Shown: positions 18,643 to 28,706 of the stretch, piece by piece
Numbering within the stretch: the stretch's first letter is position 1
Layout of the letters: the number at the start of each line of letters is the position of its first letter
From: an uncultured SAR86 cluster bacterium
GTDB lineage: Bacteria; Pseudomonadota; Gammaproteobacteria; Magnimaribacterales; D2472
Direction: 5' to 3'
Length of the DNA: 64,000 nt
NCBI GenBank assembly: GCA_902538705.1
Contig: CACBGD010000004.1
Location: forward strand, 6,056 to 70,055
The notes under the pieces: generated by a model
The model's input: the letters and a program-made list of their open reading frames with translations, nothing else
The model's database searches: none
What the model was told of the DNA's origin: nothing
Position numbers and translations under genes: made by a program

Positions 18643-18719
18643 GGGTGATTAGCTCAGTTTGGTAGAGCATCTCGTTTACACCGAGAGGGTCGGCAGTTCG
18701 AGCCTGTCATCACCCACCA
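18643..18719 (+). tRNA. tRNA-Val (anticodon TAC)
   Basis: Manual cloverleaf: GGGTGAT/ATCACCC acceptor, anticodon arm CTCG(T)-TTTACAC-CGAG, GGTTCGAGCC T-arm, encoded CCA. Confidence 0.9.
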
Positions 18720-18778
18720 TTCAAATATACTTGCAGAATTATTTCAAAGAGATATTATTCGCAAACATATATTTATGC

Positions 18779-18856
18779 GGACCGGTAGTTCAGTTTGGTT
18801 AGAATGCCGGCCTGTCACGCCGGAGGTCGCGGGTTCGAGTCCCGTCCGGTCCGCCA
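18779..18856 (+). tRNA. tRNA-Asp (anticodon GTC)
   Basis: Nearly identical in pattern to E. coli tRNA-Asp: GGACCGG/CCGGTCC acceptor, CTGTCAC anticodon loop, GCGGGTTCGAGTCCCGT T-arm, encoded CCA. Confidence 0.9.
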
Positions 18857-18862
18857 GTTTTT

Positions 18863-19270
18863 ATGGACAATATTATTGCAATACTTTTATCGATTACCTA
18901 TTCGTTGATAATAGGGATCATTTTTGCTCAAGCATTACTTACTGCTCCAGTCGTATTTAAAGTGCTTGATAATGAGAGTGCTTCAAAGTTTTTAAGAAGA
19001 ATTTTTCCAAGGTATTACTTAATGATCTTCTTATTTTGTCTTTTAGCGGTTCTAATTTCTTATCTCTTTTTAGAGAGAAGTTTCTTAGTTATGGCAGCTA
19101 TAAATAGCAGCCTTGCATTCATAGGATACATAATCATACCTATGACAAATTCTGCCAGAGACAGGGCCTGGGATAAAATTTTCACTTTTTTGCATAGGTT
19201 AAGTGTCTATATCACAATCTCTATCTTTATTTTTTCAATCACAGAAATAGTTAGGATTTCGCTAGCTTAA
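18863..19270 (+). CDS. Hypothetical membrane protein (DUF4149/TMEM205-like)
   Basis: 135 aa with 4 TM helices. The start codon is 6 nt after the tRNA-Asp CCA. Family assignment is from recollection only. Confidence 0.45.
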   Translation: MDNIIAILLSITYSLIIGIIFAQALLTAPVVFKVLDNESASKFLRRIFPRYYLMIFLFCLLAVLISYLFLERSFLVMAAINSSLAFIGYIIIPMTNSARDRAWDKIFTFLHRLSVYITISIFIFSITEIVRISLA

Positions 19271-19283
19271 AGTAATAACAAAA

Positions 19284-19290
19284 CTTGAAA
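19284..19290 (+). promoter_or_regulatory. Candidate sigma32-type -35 element upstream of htpG
   Basis: Exact CTTGAAA 41 nt upstream of the htpG ATG. The expected CCCCATNT -10 is only weakly matched in AT-rich sequence (about 19304-19312). Confidence 0.3.
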
Positions 19291-19330
19291 TATTTTAATT
19301 TATTATTAATTATTAGCAGGGGATAGTCTT

Positions 19331-21154
19331 ATGGGGAAAAGTAAAACAAAAAGTTTTCAAACTGAAACTAAGCAGTTATTAAAGTTAATGATCCACTCTC
19401 TTTATTCAAATAAAGAGATTTTTTTGAGGGAATTAATTTCTAATGCGTCTGATGCACTTGATAAACTTAGATTTAAATCTATAAGCAGCTCAAAATTAGC
19501 AAGTCTTTCTGATGATTTAAAAATAAAGGTTATTGTCGATGAAGAAAATAAGACTTTAACTATATCTGATAATGGTATCGGAATGTCTGAAGAGGAAATA
19601 ATTGAAAATATTGGAACAATTGCAAGATCTGGTACTGCAGAATTTCTAGGAAAATTAACTGGCGATAAAAAGAAAGATTCAAATCTTATTGGTCAGTTTG
19701 GAGTTGGTTTTTACTCTGTTTTTATGATTGCAGAAAAAGTACAAGTGCTTTCTAAATCAGCACAAAAAAAATCATCACAACCAATTCTTTGGGAAAGCAG
19801 TGGCGAAGATAAATATAAGCTTACCGAAGTTGAAAAAAAAGCACACGGGACTGACATAATAATTTACTTGAATGAAGAAAATCATGATTTTGCTAACAAG
19901 CAAAGAATAAGCTTCCTCATTAACAAGTATTCACAATATATTAATTTTCCAATCTATCTTTCAAATATTGATGAGGGAGAGGAGGTTGTCAATGAGACAG
20001 ATGCATTATGGCTAAAACCTAAAAGAACAATTGAAGAAAATGAATATAATGAATTTTATAAATTTATTAGTTTTGATCAGGTTGATCCCTTGCTTACCAT
20101 TCATAATAAGGTAGAGGGTAAGCAGGAATATTCTAATCTTTTATATATTCCAAAAAAGCCACCTTTTGACCTATGGAATAGAGAATCTCCAAGAGGAATA
20201 AAGCTCTATATTCAAAGAGTTTTTATTATGGATGATGCCATACATTTTTTACCCCTTTACTTAAGATTTATTCGAGGTGTTCTTGATTCAAGTGATTTAC
20301 CTCTTAATGTTTCTAGAGAGATCCTTCAAGATCATCCCCTGGTAGATTCAATAAAGAAGGCCTTAACTAAAAGAGTGATTGATGCTCTAAAAAAACTTAA
20401 AGATAATGACATAGATGCATATAAAGAATTTTGGAAGGAGTATGGTTTAGTTCTTAAAGAGGGCCCTGCAGAAGATTTTGAACACAAAGAATCAATTGCA
20501 GAACTTTTATTATTTGCTACGTCAAATAAAGAAAGTCATGAGGTGGATCAAACCCTTGATGACTACATTTCCAGAATGCCCTCAGATCAAAAGGGTATTT
20601 ACTATTGCGTTGCTGACACATTTGAAGGAGCTTTAAACTCTCCTCATCTAGAATCACTAAAATCTAAAAATACTGAGGTATTATTACTTACCGATAGAAT
20701 AGATGAATGGCTGATGTCTTCTATATTTGAATTTAAAGGCAAGAGTTTTATAAATGTTGCAAAAACTAGCAATGAAGCCGAAGAAAAACCAAAGACAACA
20801 AAAGATCAAAATGACCTTTTAACAAAAGTTGCAGATCATTTAGGAGATAGAGTCTCTGAAGTTTTGCCAAGCTCACGATTAAAAGATTCTGCTTGTTGTT
20901 TAGTCCTTCAAAGTGATGAACCAGGAATACAGCTTAGAAAGATTCTCGAGGCTGCAGGTCAAAAAATGGGTGATTTAGTTCCAATATTTGAATTAAATAT
21001 GAAGCATAAGCTCATAAAAAAGCTCTCAAAAATAGATGGTAAAGATTTCAAAGCATTTGTAGATTTTCTTTATGACTATGCAGTAATTGCAGAAGGAGGA
21101 TCTCCTAATGACCCCTCTAAATATCTAAGACAGCTCGATAAATATCTTTCTTAA
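19331..21154 (+). CDS. htpG: Molecular chaperone HtpG (Hsp90)
   Basis: Contains FLRELISNASDALDKLR, GQFGVGFYS, and IKLYIQRVFIMDD...LPLNVSRE. Confidence 0.95.
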   Translation: MGKSKTKSFQTETKQLLKLMIHSLYSNKEIFLRELISNASDALDKLRFKSISSSKLASLSDDLKIKVIVDEENKTLTISDNGIGMSEEEIIENIGTIARSGTAEFLGKLTGDKKKDSNLIGQFGVGFYSVFMIAEKVQVLSKSAQKKSSQPILWESSGEDKYKLTEVEKKAHGTDIIIYLNEENHDFANKQRISFLINKYSQYINFPIYLSNIDEGEEVVNETDALWLKPKRTIEENEYNEFYKFISFDQVDPLLTIHNKVEGKQEYSNLLYIPKKPPFDLWNRESPRGIKLYIQRVFIMDDAIHFLPLYLRFIRGVLDSSDLPLNVSREILQDHPLVDSIKKALTKRVIDALKKLKDNDIDAYKEFWKEYGLVLKEGPAEDFEHKESIAELLLFATSNKESHEVDQTLDDYISRMPSDQKGIYYCVADTFEGALNSPHLESLKSKNTEVLLLTDRIDEWLMSSIFEFKGKSFINVAKTSNEAEEKPKTTKDQNDLLTKVADHLGDRVSEVLPSSRLKDSACCLVLQSDEPGIQLRKILEAAGQKMGDLVPIFELNMKHKLIKKLSKIDGKDFKAFVDFLYDYAVIAEGGSPNDPSKYLRQLDKYLS

Positions 21155-21156
21155 GA

Positions 21157-22182
21157 ATGAATAAAGATTACCAAATTTGTGTACTTGGCGGGGGTAGCTT
21201 TGGGACTGTATTAGCAAACTTAGCTGCATCGAAAGGGCATGATGTATCTTTGTGGGTGAAAGATTCAGATAAAGCTTTGAGAATAAATTCTGAAAGCAGA
21301 AATACTGAATATCATCCTGAACTAAAACTTTCTAGTAATATTACTGCTTCTGAGAAGCTAGAAGAAATTATTCCACAATCTGAAATAATATTTTTAGCCA
21401 CTCCAAGTAAAATTATTAATGATGTTCTTGAGAGGCTCTCAGGTTTCTCGATGGATAATAAGATGATAATTTCATGCACTAAGGGCATTAATGAAAAACC
21501 TTTTATGACAATGTCCCAAACAATAGAAAAACACTTTAATAATCCTAGTATTAAGGTAGGTGTCTTAAGCGGACCTAATTTAGCTAGAGAAATTGCAGAC
21601 AAAAAAGTCGCTGGAACGGTTATAGCAAGTAAACATGCAGATCTTTGTAATCTCGGAAGAGAAATTCTGTCCTCAAGCACCTTTAAGATATATACAAGCA
21701 ATGATATTAAGGGCATAGAACTTGCGGGGGCTCTAAAAAATATTTATGCAATTATTTCTGGTTATTGTCATTCTCTCGATGTTGGTGAGAACGCCATCGG
21801 ACTTATACTAACAAGGAGCATGGCAGAAATGAGCAATTTTGCGGTAATTAAAGGGGCAAATCCAATTACTTTTTTAGGCCTTGCAGGAATGGGCGACCTT
21901 GTCGCAACATGTTTTTCAAAGTTATCAAGAAATTATCAGTTTGGATGGGCAATTGGAGAAGGTCTTGATATTGAATCAGCAAAAAATAAAGTGGGTCAGG
22001 TAGCAGAAGGATTAAATACTATTAAAATCATTCACAACGAGGTTTCTTCATCTGAAATAAAGATGCCTCTTGTGTCAGGTATGCATGAAATATTATTTAA
22101 TAACGGAAGCAAAGAATTGCTCCTGGAGCAGATCATAAATAGTGAAATTTATGTTGATGTGAATTTTGATGTAGAATCATAG
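21157..22182 (+). CDS. gpsA: NAD(P)H-dependent glycerol-3-phosphate dehydrogenase
   Basis: N-terminal GGGSFGT Rossmann motif, plus SGPNLAREI and GALKNIYAI. Confidence 0.92.
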   Translation: MNKDYQICVLGGGSFGTVLANLAASKGHDVSLWVKDSDKALRINSESRNTEYHPELKLSSNITASEKLEEIIPQSEIIFLATPSKIINDVLERLSGFSMDNKMIISCTKGINEKPFMTMSQTIEKHFNNPSIKVGVLSGPNLAREIADKKVAGTVIASKHADLCNLGREILSSSTFKIYTSNDIKGIELAGALKNIYAIISGYCHSLDVGENAIGLILTRSMAEMSNFAVIKGANPITFLGLAGMGDLVATCFSKLSRNYQFGWAIGEGLDIESAKNKVGQVAEGLNTIKIIHNEVSSSEIKMPLVSGMHEILFNNGSKELLLEQIINSEIYVDVNFDVES

Positions 22183-22184
22183 CT

Positions 22185-22535
22185 ATGGAACAAATAAATA
22201 GAGAAGAAATTACAAAAACTAGTAAATGGGCAAGACTCATTTATATGCTTATTTATGCATTTATCTTTAATTTTAGTATTCCTTTTCTTTTTGGTTTTGC
22301 TTTAATTCAGTTTGTTTTTTTCTTATTAACCGGGAATGTTAACGAACCTTTATCAAAAGTCTGTTCCTGGCTATTAAAGTTTTATCACCAAATTATTTCC
22401 TATCTTCTTTTTCAAACAGACCTTCCTCCATTTCCTTTTACAGACATCGATGGTGAATCAAGTTCTGATGAAGTTATTGTAGATTCAGAAATCGAAGAAG
22501 ATGTTCCTGAAGAAGAAAAAGAAGAAACTAGTTAA
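22185..22535 (+). CDS. Hypothetical membrane protein (DUF4389-like) with an acidic C-terminal tail
   Basis: Two TM helices, then [30 protein letters not shown]. Family is recalled, not searched. Confidence 0.45.
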   Translation: MEQINREEITKTSKWARLIYMLIYAFIFNFSIPFLFGFALIQFVFFLLTGNVNEPLSKVCSWLLKFYHQIISYLLFQTDLPPFPFTDIDGESSSDEVIVDSEIEEDVPEEEKEETS

Positions 22536-23367
22536 GAGTTTTCTCAGCAGCCCTCATAGTATTTAGAATTAAAGTATTAATAGTCATTGGGCCCACACCG
22601 CCTGGGACAGGGGTATACGAAGAAGCTATTTCTTCGACTCCATCCAAATCAATATCGCCACATTTTTCAGGATGATAGCCTGCATCGATTACAACACCGC
22701 CTTTTTTAAGCCATTCTTTTTTAATTAACTTTGGAACACCAACTGCACCAATAACTAAATCTGCATTTCGAACATGTTCTTCCAATTTCTTTGTTCGTGA
22801 ATGACAAATGGTTACAGTTGCATTTTTGTTAAGAAGCATCATAGCCATCGGCTTACCTAGTATAGGGCTTCTACCAACTACAACAGCATTCATTCCAGAT
22901 ATGTCTACATCATAAAGCTCAAGAATTCTCATAATTCCTGCAGGAGTACATGATCCATATGCAGAAAGACTCATAGACATTCTTCCAAAACCTAAGCATG
23001 TAACGCCATCAACATCTTTTTCTATGGAAATCCTCTCAAAACATTCTCTTTCATTGATTTGATTAGGGACCGGATGTTGCAACAAGATACCATGAATACT
23101 TTTATTGTTATTTAGTTCATCAATTTTCGATAGGAGTTCTTCTGTGGAAGTTTCTTTTGGTAAATTAATAGCTAGTGATTTCATACCAACTCTTTTGCAA
23201 GTTTCTTGTTTCATCCTTACATATGTTTCAGATGCTGGATCGTCGCCAACAAGAATAGTTGCCAAGGTGGGAATTATTCCTTTATTTTTTAAAAGCGATA
23301 CAGATTCCAAGATTTCTTTTTCGGACTCCTTTGCTAGTTTCTTTCCATCGAGTATTTGTGCTGCCAT
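22528..23367 (-). CDS. folD: Bifunctional methylenetetrahydrofolate dehydrogenase/cyclohydrolase
   Basis: Contains [32 protein letters not shown] and [11 protein letters not shown]. Confidence 0.95.
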   Translation of the reverse strand: MAAQILDGKKLAKESEKEILESVSLLKNKGIIPTLATILVGDDPASETYVRMKQETCKRVGMKSLAINLPKETSTEELLSKIDELNNNKSIHGILLQHPVPNQINERECFERISIEKDVDGVTCLGFGRMSMSLSAYGSCTPAGIMRILELYDVDISGMNAVVVGRSPILGKPMAMMLLNKNATVTICHSRTKKLEEHVRNADLVIGAVGVPKLIKKEWLKKGGVVIDAGYHPEKCGDIDLDGVEEIASSYTPVPGGVGPMTINTLILNTMRAAEKTLN

Positions 23368-23408
23368 TTCGGTATTTTCTCATCTTAAAATAATTATTCC
23401 AGTGAAGA

Positions 23409-23437
23409 TTGATTATTTATCCTTAAAACTTTAAGAT
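23409..23437 (+). promoter_or_regulatory. Candidate promoter for the tRNA-Pro/tRNA-Arg unit
   Basis: TTGATT (23409-23414), 17-nt spacer, TAAGAT (23432-23437). The tRNA 5' end is at 23447. Confidence 0.3.
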
Positions 23438-23446
23438 TCATTCCAT

Positions 23447-23523
23447 CGGGGTATAGCGCAGTCTGGTAGCGCACTCGCTTTGGGAGCGAGTGGTCGTAGG
23501 TTCAAATCCTACTACCCCGACCA
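23447..23523 (+). tRNA. tRNA-Pro (anticodon TGG)
   Basis: CGGGGTA/TACCCCG acceptor, CTCGC-TTTGGGA-GCGAG anticodon arm, GTAGG-TTCAAAT-CCTAC T-arm, encoded CCA. Confidence 0.9.
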
Positions 23524-23524
23524 A

Positions 23525-23601
<77 letters not shown>

Positions 23602-23621
23602 TTTTTTGCTTTAATTTGATT

Positions 23622-24554
23622 ATGTTTAAGGTAGCAGCCCTTTATAAGTTCTCTCAAATCGACAATCCTCTAGAAGTTCAGATCTATTTGAAGAAAATTC
23701 TAAAAAACCTTTCTATCTATGGAACAATCTTGGTTGGGAATGAAGGCATTAATGCGACAATTGCCTCTAGAGATAAAAAAAATCTCAACAAAGCCTTGAT
23801 GTATCTAAAAAATCTTAAGGGCTTTAAAGATTTAGACATCAAATTTTCAAACTCTAAAAAGAAACCTTTTATAAGACTAAAAATAAAATTAAAGCAAGAA
23901 ATAGTTACCATTGGAGATAAATCTATAGATCCTACAAAAAATGTAGGTGAATATGTAAACCCAGAAGACTGGAACTCTCTCTTAGAAGAAGAAAATATTC
24001 TTCTTATTGATACCAGAAATGATTATGAGTATTCAATAGGTTCTTTTAAAGATTCAATTAATCCAAATACCCAAAAATTTAGAGATTTCCCTGAATGGTT
24101 AAAAGGGCAGAATTTCACACAGGAGGATAAAAACAGAAAAAAAGTTGCTATGTTTTGTACCGGAGGTATCAGATGCGAAAAGGCTTCATCGTTGATGAAA
24201 AATGAAGGATTCAAGAAGGTTTATCATCTCAAAGGTGGTATCTTAAAATATTTTGAATCGGTTTCGAAAGAAAACTCTCTTTGGGATGGGGAGTGCTTTG
24301 TTTTTGATGATAGGGTTTCAGTTAAGCATGATTTATCTGTTGGGGATTATGATATGTGTCATGGATGCAGAATGCCTATCACTGAAACAGATAAAATATC
24401 TCAGAAATATATTCAGGGAGTTTCATGCCCAAATTGTTTTGACCAAACTACAGAAGAACAAAAATCTAGATATATGAGTAGACAGAAGCAAATTGATCTT
24501 GCAAAACAAAGAAATCAGAAACATATCGGACCAAAAGAAGAAGTTTTCAATTAA
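23622..24554 (+). CDS. trhO: Rhodanese-domain tRNA U34 hydroxylase TrhO (YceA/UPF0176 family)
   Basis: N-terminal ALYKF...GT(I)LV..EGINATI, rhodanese active site CTGGIRCEKAS, and a C-terminal CHGC...CPNC module. Confidence 0.8.
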   Translation: MFKVAALYKFSQIDNPLEVQIYLKKILKNLSIYGTILVGNEGINATIASRDKKNLNKALMYLKNLKGFKDLDIKFSNSKKKPFIRLKIKLKQEIVTIGDKSIDPTKNVGEYVNPEDWNSLLEEENILLIDTRNDYEYSIGSFKDSINPNTQKFRDFPEWLKGQNFTQEDKNRKKVAMFCTGGIRCEKASSLMKNEGFKKVYHLKGGILKYFESVSKENSLWDGECFVFDDRVSVKHDLSVGDYDMCHGCRMPITETDKISQKYIQGVSCPNCFDQTTEEQKSRYMSRQKQIDLAKQRNQKHIGPKEEVFN

Positions 24555-24558
24555 CCCT

Positions 24559-25206
24559 ATGAGTTATCCGATTTTATACTCATTTAAAAGATGTCCTTAC
24601 GCTATGAGGGCAAGAATGGCTTTACAGTTAGCTGAAATCAAATGTGAAATAAGAGAAATCAGGTTGAGTAATAAACCAGAACATATGTTGGAGGTATCTC
24701 CAAAAGGTACCGTTCCAATACTTATTTTGGAAGATAAAGTAATTGATGAAAGCTATGATATTGTAAATTGGATAATAGAAGAGAGTAATATTTTTAATGA
24801 CAATTTGGGATCAGAACAGATAGATTTAACAGAATCATTAATTAAAAGGTTTGATGATGAGTTTAAGTATCATTTAGACAGATATAAATATGCAACAAGA
24901 TATGAGAATACAGATTTAGAGTTTCATAGAGCCAAATGTTTAAAGGTATTAATTGACCTTGAGACCATTGTTTCAAAAGGTAAATGGATGTTTGGGGAAA
25001 AGCTAAATAAACTGGATATATCAATTTTACCTTTCATTCGTCAGTTCAGAATCGCAAATCCTGAATGGTTTGATTCGCTTGAAGAGATAAGCAGAATTAA
25101 AAATATTTTAAAAAATTACTTAGATTCTGAAGAGTTTAAGAAGGTAATGTTTAAGTATGATGAATGGCAGTTAGGAGCAAAACCTGTTTACTTTCCACCA
25201 ACATAA
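24559..25206 (+). CDS. Glutathione S-transferase family protein
   Basis: The start was moved to MSYPILYSF, directly after the trhO stop. Thioredoxin-like N-domain with RCPYAMRARMAL...SPKGTVPIL and a helical C-domain. Confidence 0.7.
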   Translation: MSYPILYSFKRCPYAMRARMALQLAEIKCEIREIRLSNKPEHMLEVSPKGTVPILILEDKVIDESYDIVNWIIEESNIFNDNLGSEQIDLTESLIKRFDDEFKYHLDRYKYATRYENTDLEFHRAKCLKVLIDLETIVSKGKWMFGEKLNKLDISILPFIRQFRIANPEWFDSLEEISRIKNILKNYLDSEEFKKVMFKYDEWQLGAKPVYFPPT

Positions 25207-25226
25207 TATCTAACAATAATATTGGC

Positions 25227-26642
25227 CTAAAGAGCAATCGTATCGTAAGCGCCAGCAATCTTTTCAAGGGCAAGTTTAAAAGCTGCTATTTTTAAATTAG
25301 GTAATTTACTTCTTAGCATCTGTCCTCTTATATTTTGATAAGCATCCACCATCATGTCATTAAGTCCTGATCTAATTAGATCAATTTCGTCAACTCCATC
25401 AAATAGCTTTAATTTGTCTACTTTAGACATCTTTTGATTCGTCATTTTTTCAACAACTCTAATTAGTTGATCAATTTGAGCCTTATCCCTTCTTTTCTCA
25501 AGTCTACCAAATCTCATTTGAGAAATATTTCTTACCCACTCAAAATAACTAACAACTACTCCACCTGCATTGAGGTATACATCGGGAATAACTAAAACCC
25601 CATTTTTATTTAGAGCCTTATCTCCTTTGTATGTAACAGGCCCATTTGCTGCTTCAGCCACTACTTTGGCTTTAATGTTTTTAGCATTTTTTTGATTTAT
25701 AACATTTTCAACAGCTGCTGGAATTAAAACGTCACACTCTCTTTCAAGCTGCTTTGATGAGTCGCTGAAAAACTTTCCATATGGACACCTTTTCAGGGTT
25801 TTACCTTCATCAAGCCATTTTTTGACTTTTTTTACTGGTAGACCTTCCTCATTATATAGAGAACCACTTTTTTCAATAATTGAAATTATCTTACATCCAT
25901 CATCCTCTGAAAGACATTTCGCAGCATGATACCCAACCTTCCCAAGACCTTGAACAATAATTGTCTTCTCCTCAAGACCGGGTTCAATTTTTTTTGTATC
26001 AAGCAATTTTTTATCTTGAAAAAACTCGCGTAGGCCAAATTGTACTCCTCTTCCAGTTGCTTCATTTCTTCCAGCTATTCCCTTTTTATTTATAGGCTTT
26101 CCTGTAACACATGCTTTGCCATTGATATCATTAGGATTTAATTTTTGATACTCGTCTGCAATCCATGCCATCTCTCTCTCAGAGGTTCCTAAATCCGGTG
26201 CTGGGACATTTTGACTTGGGTTAATAAGATCTCTTTTGATGAGTTCTTGGGCAAATCTTCTTGTAATTCTTGCCAGTTCTCCACGTTCATATTTTTTAGG
26301 ATCAATCTTTAGAGCTCCTTTTGAGCCAGAGAATGGAACATCAACAATTGCACATTTATATGACATCAAAGCTGCCATAGATTCAACCTCATCTTGGTTA
26401 GCATCTAGTGAATATCTTATTCCTCCTTTAGCGGGCATGATATGGTCTGAGTGAACAGATCTCCAGCCAATAAAATTATGAATTTTTTTACCTAATCGCA
26501 CACCAAATCTTACTGTATAAGTTGAGTTACAAATTTTTATCTGATCAGCTAAGTTAGATGGGATTTTTGTATAGGAGAGGGCATCATTAAGAATTGATTC
26601 TGTACTCTCCCAAAATGAATAGTTTGAATCATGATTGCCCAT
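25227..26642 (-). CDS. Glutamate dehydrogenase (Glu/Leu/Phe/Val dehydrogenase family, GLUD-like subtype)
   Basis: Contains KGGIRYS...LMSYKCAIVDVPFSGSKGALKIDP, VPAPDLGTSEREMAWI, GRGV, VQGLGKVG (Rossmann) and NAGGVVVSYFEW. Confidence 0.9.
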   Translation of the reverse strand: MGNHDSNYSFWESTESILNDALSYTKIPSNLADQIKICNSTYTVRFGVRLGKKIHNFIGWRSVHSDHIMPAKGGIRYSLDANQDEVESMAALMSYKCAIVDVPFSGSKGALKIDPKKYERGELARITRRFAQELIKRDLINPSQNVPAPDLGTSEREMAWIADEYQKLNPNDINGKACVTGKPINKKGIAGRNEATGRGVQFGLREFFQDKKLLDTKKIEPGLEEKTIIVQGLGKVGYHAAKCLSEDDGCKIISIIEKSGSLYNEEGLPVKKVKKWLDEGKTLKRCPYGKFFSDSSKQLERECDVLIPAAVENVINQKNAKNIKAKVVAEAANGPVTYKGDKALNKNGVLVIPDVYLNAGGVVVSYFEWVRNISQMRFGRLEKRRDKAQIDQLIRVVEKMTNQKMSKVDKLKLFDGVDEIDLIRSGLNDMMVDAYQNIRGQMLRSKLPNLKIAAFKLALEKIAGAYDTIAL

Positions 26643-26709
26643 TCAATTTATCCTCCCAAGCAAATTTTACTATTTTTTTATCAATGTATCATTATAATAC
26701 TTAGTTCGC

Positions 26710-26787
26710 GGCGGGCGTAGCTCAGTTGGTTAGAGCGCTGGATTGTGGCTCCGGAGGCCGTGGGTTCGAACCCCATCGCTCGCCCCA
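26710..26787 (+). tRNA. tRNA-His (anticodon GTG) with encoded G-1
   Basis: G-1 plus GCGGGCG/CGCTCGC acceptor (one G-T pair), discriminator C opposite G-1, TTGTGGC anticodon loop, encoded CCA. Confidence 0.88.
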
Positions 26788-26805
26788 CTAAAATAGGATA
26801 AAAAA

Positions 26806-28107
26806 ATGGCAAGCAGTTTAAAAAAACTCAAAGATTTGGAAAGAAGTCTTACAGTTTCAATTGAAAAAGATTTGTATCAATCAAAATTCAACGAAAAGAT
26901 TTCAAACCTTAAAAAAAATATAAAACTCGATGGATTTAGAAAGGGTAAAGTCCCTAATGATGTAATTGAGCAAAGATATAAAGGATCTGTTCACGCAGAG
27001 GTCTTAAATGACCTCATTCAAGATTCATATCCAAAAGAAATTGCTGACAAAAAAATAAGACCTGCAAATACTCCAACTATTTCAATGGTTGAGGACAATC
27101 CTGACAAAGGTATTAAATACTGTGCAGTATTTGAAATTTTTCCAGAAATTAAACCAAAAGTAAGTAGTTGGAAGACTTTTGAAAAACATAAAATTAATAT
27201 TCTCGATGAGGACATCGATCACGCCATACAAGATATCCTAGAGAGATATGGTGAGTGGGAAAAAGTTGAGAGAAATTCTGCTGAAAATGACCAAGTAGTT
27301 ATCGATTTTGAGGGTACTATTGAAGGCGAGCCTTTTGATGGAAATACAGCCAAAGACTTCAAACTAATTATTGGCTCAAAATCAATGATTCCGGGATTTG
27401 AAGATCAATTGATTAATAAAAAGGTTAATACTGATTTTGAAATAAAGACAAATTTTCCTGATGACTACTTTAAGAAGGATCTAGCTGGAAAAGAGGTAGT
27501 TTTCAAAATTAATTTAAAAGAAGTCCAAGAAAATGTTCCATCAAAAATTAATAAGGGTCTATATGAAAAGCTCACTATGGAAGTTAATAATGAAAATGAG
27601 TTTCGTGATGAGATTAGAAAGAGAATGGAGAATGAGTCTATAACTCAAGAAAAAAGTCTCACGAAAGATTCAATGTATGAACTTCTTCTTAAAATTAATA
27701 AATTTTCTGCTCCTCAATGCACAATTAAAGAGCAATCAGAATTAATGAGAAAAGAAGCACTTTCAAGAATTGGAAGAAACCCTGAAGAGGAAAGTGATAA
27801 TGATCTTTTTCCTCTGGATACTTTTAAGGAAAATGCAGAAAAGAGAGTGAAACTCGATCTTTTATTTACTGCTCTGTTAAATCACTATGATCTAAAAGTG
27901 AATCAAGATGATCTTAAAGAATTTATTGAGGAAGAAGCTAAAAGATATAAAGATCCAAAACAATTTGAAACTTGGGTATATAATCAACCTAACCAACTTG
28001 ATCAATATAGAATGATAGTACTTGAGAACCAGTTGGTTGAAAAACTATATAATGATCTTAAATCAAAGGAGAAGGTTATTAATTTTAAAGATTTATCAAA
28101 ATACTAA
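26806..28107 (+). CDS. tig: Trigger factor
   Basis: 433 aa. N-terminal ribosome-binding region with GFRKGKVP, and an FKBP-like middle domain ([15 protein letters not shown]). Positioned upstream of clpP-clpX. Confidence 0.93.
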   Translation: MASSLKKLKDLERSLTVSIEKDLYQSKFNEKISNLKKNIKLDGFRKGKVPNDVIEQRYKGSVHAEVLNDLIQDSYPKEIADKKIRPANTPTISMVEDNPDKGIKYCAVFEIFPEIKPKVSSWKTFEKHKINILDEDIDHAIQDILERYGEWEKVERNSAENDQVVIDFEGTIEGEPFDGNTAKDFKLIIGSKSMIPGFEDQLINKKVNTDFEIKTNFPDDYFKKDLAGKEVVFKINLKEVQENVPSKINKGLYEKLTMEVNNENEFRDEIRKRMENESITQEKSLTKDSMYELLLKINKFSAPQCTIKEQSELMRKEALSRIGRNPEEESDNDLFPLDTFKENAEKRVKLDLLFTALLNHYDLKVNQDDLKEFIEEEAKRYKDPKQFETWVYNQPNQLDQYRMIVLENQLVEKLYNDLKSKEKVINFKDLSKY

Positions 28108-28706
28108 TGGAAGAACATAATTCAGCACTTATACCAATGGTTGTTGAGCAAACTGCCAGGGGGGAACGTGCATTTGACATATATTCAAGACTATTAAAAG
28201 AAAGAGTAATTTTTCTTACTGGTCCGATAAATGACCAAATATCAAATCTTGTTGTTGCTCAACTTTTATTTCTTGAATCTGAAAATCCAAAGAAAGATAT
28301 AAGTATTTATATTAACTCACCTGGTGGAGTCATTTCATCTGGTCTAGCAATTTACGACACAATGCAGTTTGTCTCACCTTCAATATCTACTTTGTGTATT
28401 GGTCAAGCAGCTTCTATGGGTGCTTTACTTCTTGCAGGTGGCGAAAATGGGAAGAGGTTTGCTCTTCCTAATTCGAGAATAATGATTCATCAACCACTTG
28501 GTGGTTTTCAAGGTCAAGCATCAGATATCGAAATTCATGCACAAGAAATATTATTGATGAAGAAAAAGGTTAATGAAATTTTATCTAAACATACTGGCAA
28601 AAATCTTAAAACAGTTGAAAAAGATACTGATAGAGATAATTTCTTAAATGCGAAGGAAGCAAAAAAATATGGAATCATTGATGATATATTGGAAGAAAGA
28701 AACTAA
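28107..28706 (+). CDS. clpP: ATP-dependent Clp protease proteolytic subunit
   Basis: Contains [14 protein letters not shown] (catalytic Ser) and RIMIHQP (catalytic His). Confidence 0.96.
   Translation: MEEHNSALIPMVVEQTARGERAFDIYSRLLKERVIFLTGPINDQISNLVVAQLLFLESENPKKDISIYINSPGGVISSGLAIYDTMQFVSPSISTLCIGQAASMGALLLAGGENGKRFALPNSRIMIHQPLGGFQGQASDIEIHAQEILLMKKKVNEILSKHTGKNLKTVEKDTDRDNFLNAKEAKKYGIIDDILEERN

Noticed and set aside
25207-25226. Possible hairpin terminator between the GST-like gene and the convergent glutamate dehydrogenase gene.
   Set aside because: When I paired the arms (CCAACATAATAT / ATAATATTGG), the complementarity broke after 4 bp, so it is not a credible stem.
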